Below the pieces are notes generated by a model. That model saw only the letters and a program-made list of their open reading frames with translations, was not told where the DNA came from and searched no databases. Shown in pieces: positions 63,712 to 64,000 of a stretch of 64,000 bases of DNA; within the stretch, counting starts at the first letter, position 1; every line of letters starts with the position of its first letter. The translations under genes and the position numbers were made by a program. Where the stretch lies: the NCBI GenBank assembly GCA_051362555.1, contig CM120641.1, forward strand, positions 4,030,001-4,094,000, in the 5' to 3' direction. Origin of the DNA: Lingula anatina (Eukaryota > Animalia > Brachiopoda).

Positions 63712-64000
63712 AAGCATTTTAACTTGCTGGGAAATATGTAACAGAATGGTGCTTAGATCAGCACTGCAAGGAAAGGGAACACTAAATAATTAACTGTGCT
63801 GTGAAACTTGGAACAAGATTTCATATTCTGTATATATATATATCAGGTTACTCCTTGTCCAACCTTTTAGAAAAAAAGAACCAGAGCATGTCATCCCTAT
63901 AGCTGAGGCCCTTTTGTCAATTTTCTTTCCACATTATTCAGTAATACTTGGCTAAACTGGAATGATTGTTAAAATGTCGTCCACATATATTGAGCACATC

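Overview
AT-rich, intron-rich animal (invertebrate, probably lophotrochozoan-like; organism is inference only) genomic DNA. (1) A minus-strand class XV unconventional myosin that I could trace as 61 phase-compatible GT-AG coding exons (51309 to 11908, 8880 nt, about 2959 aa): motor, 3 IQ, MyTH4, long Pro/Gly/Gln-rich insert, FERM-like, SH3, MyTH4, FERM. (2) A convergent plus-strand gene for a secreted Cys-rich somatomedin-B-type protein with a GPI-like C-terminus (4773-8506). (3) An intact Ty3/gypsy LTR retrotransposon (54300-61797) with identical 475-bp LTRs, 4-bp TSD and a single 1555-aa gag-pol ORF. Its 1.8-kb env-less 3' region is full of RNA structure (two palindromic-loop hairpins, a pseudoknotted domain) and splice acceptors that could pair with a perfect donor early in gag. 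(4) A small multi-exon single-pass membrane-protein gene, visible only as fragments in the ORF track, whose intron hosts the retrotransposon and whose phase-0 donor could also splice into the myosin motor, giving a membrane-anchored myosin XV. (5) Many MITEs (Harbinger-type TWA TSD, 5-bp-TSD hAT-like), a decayed Tc1 and microsatellites. All structures and splice models were read by eye and are unvalidated.
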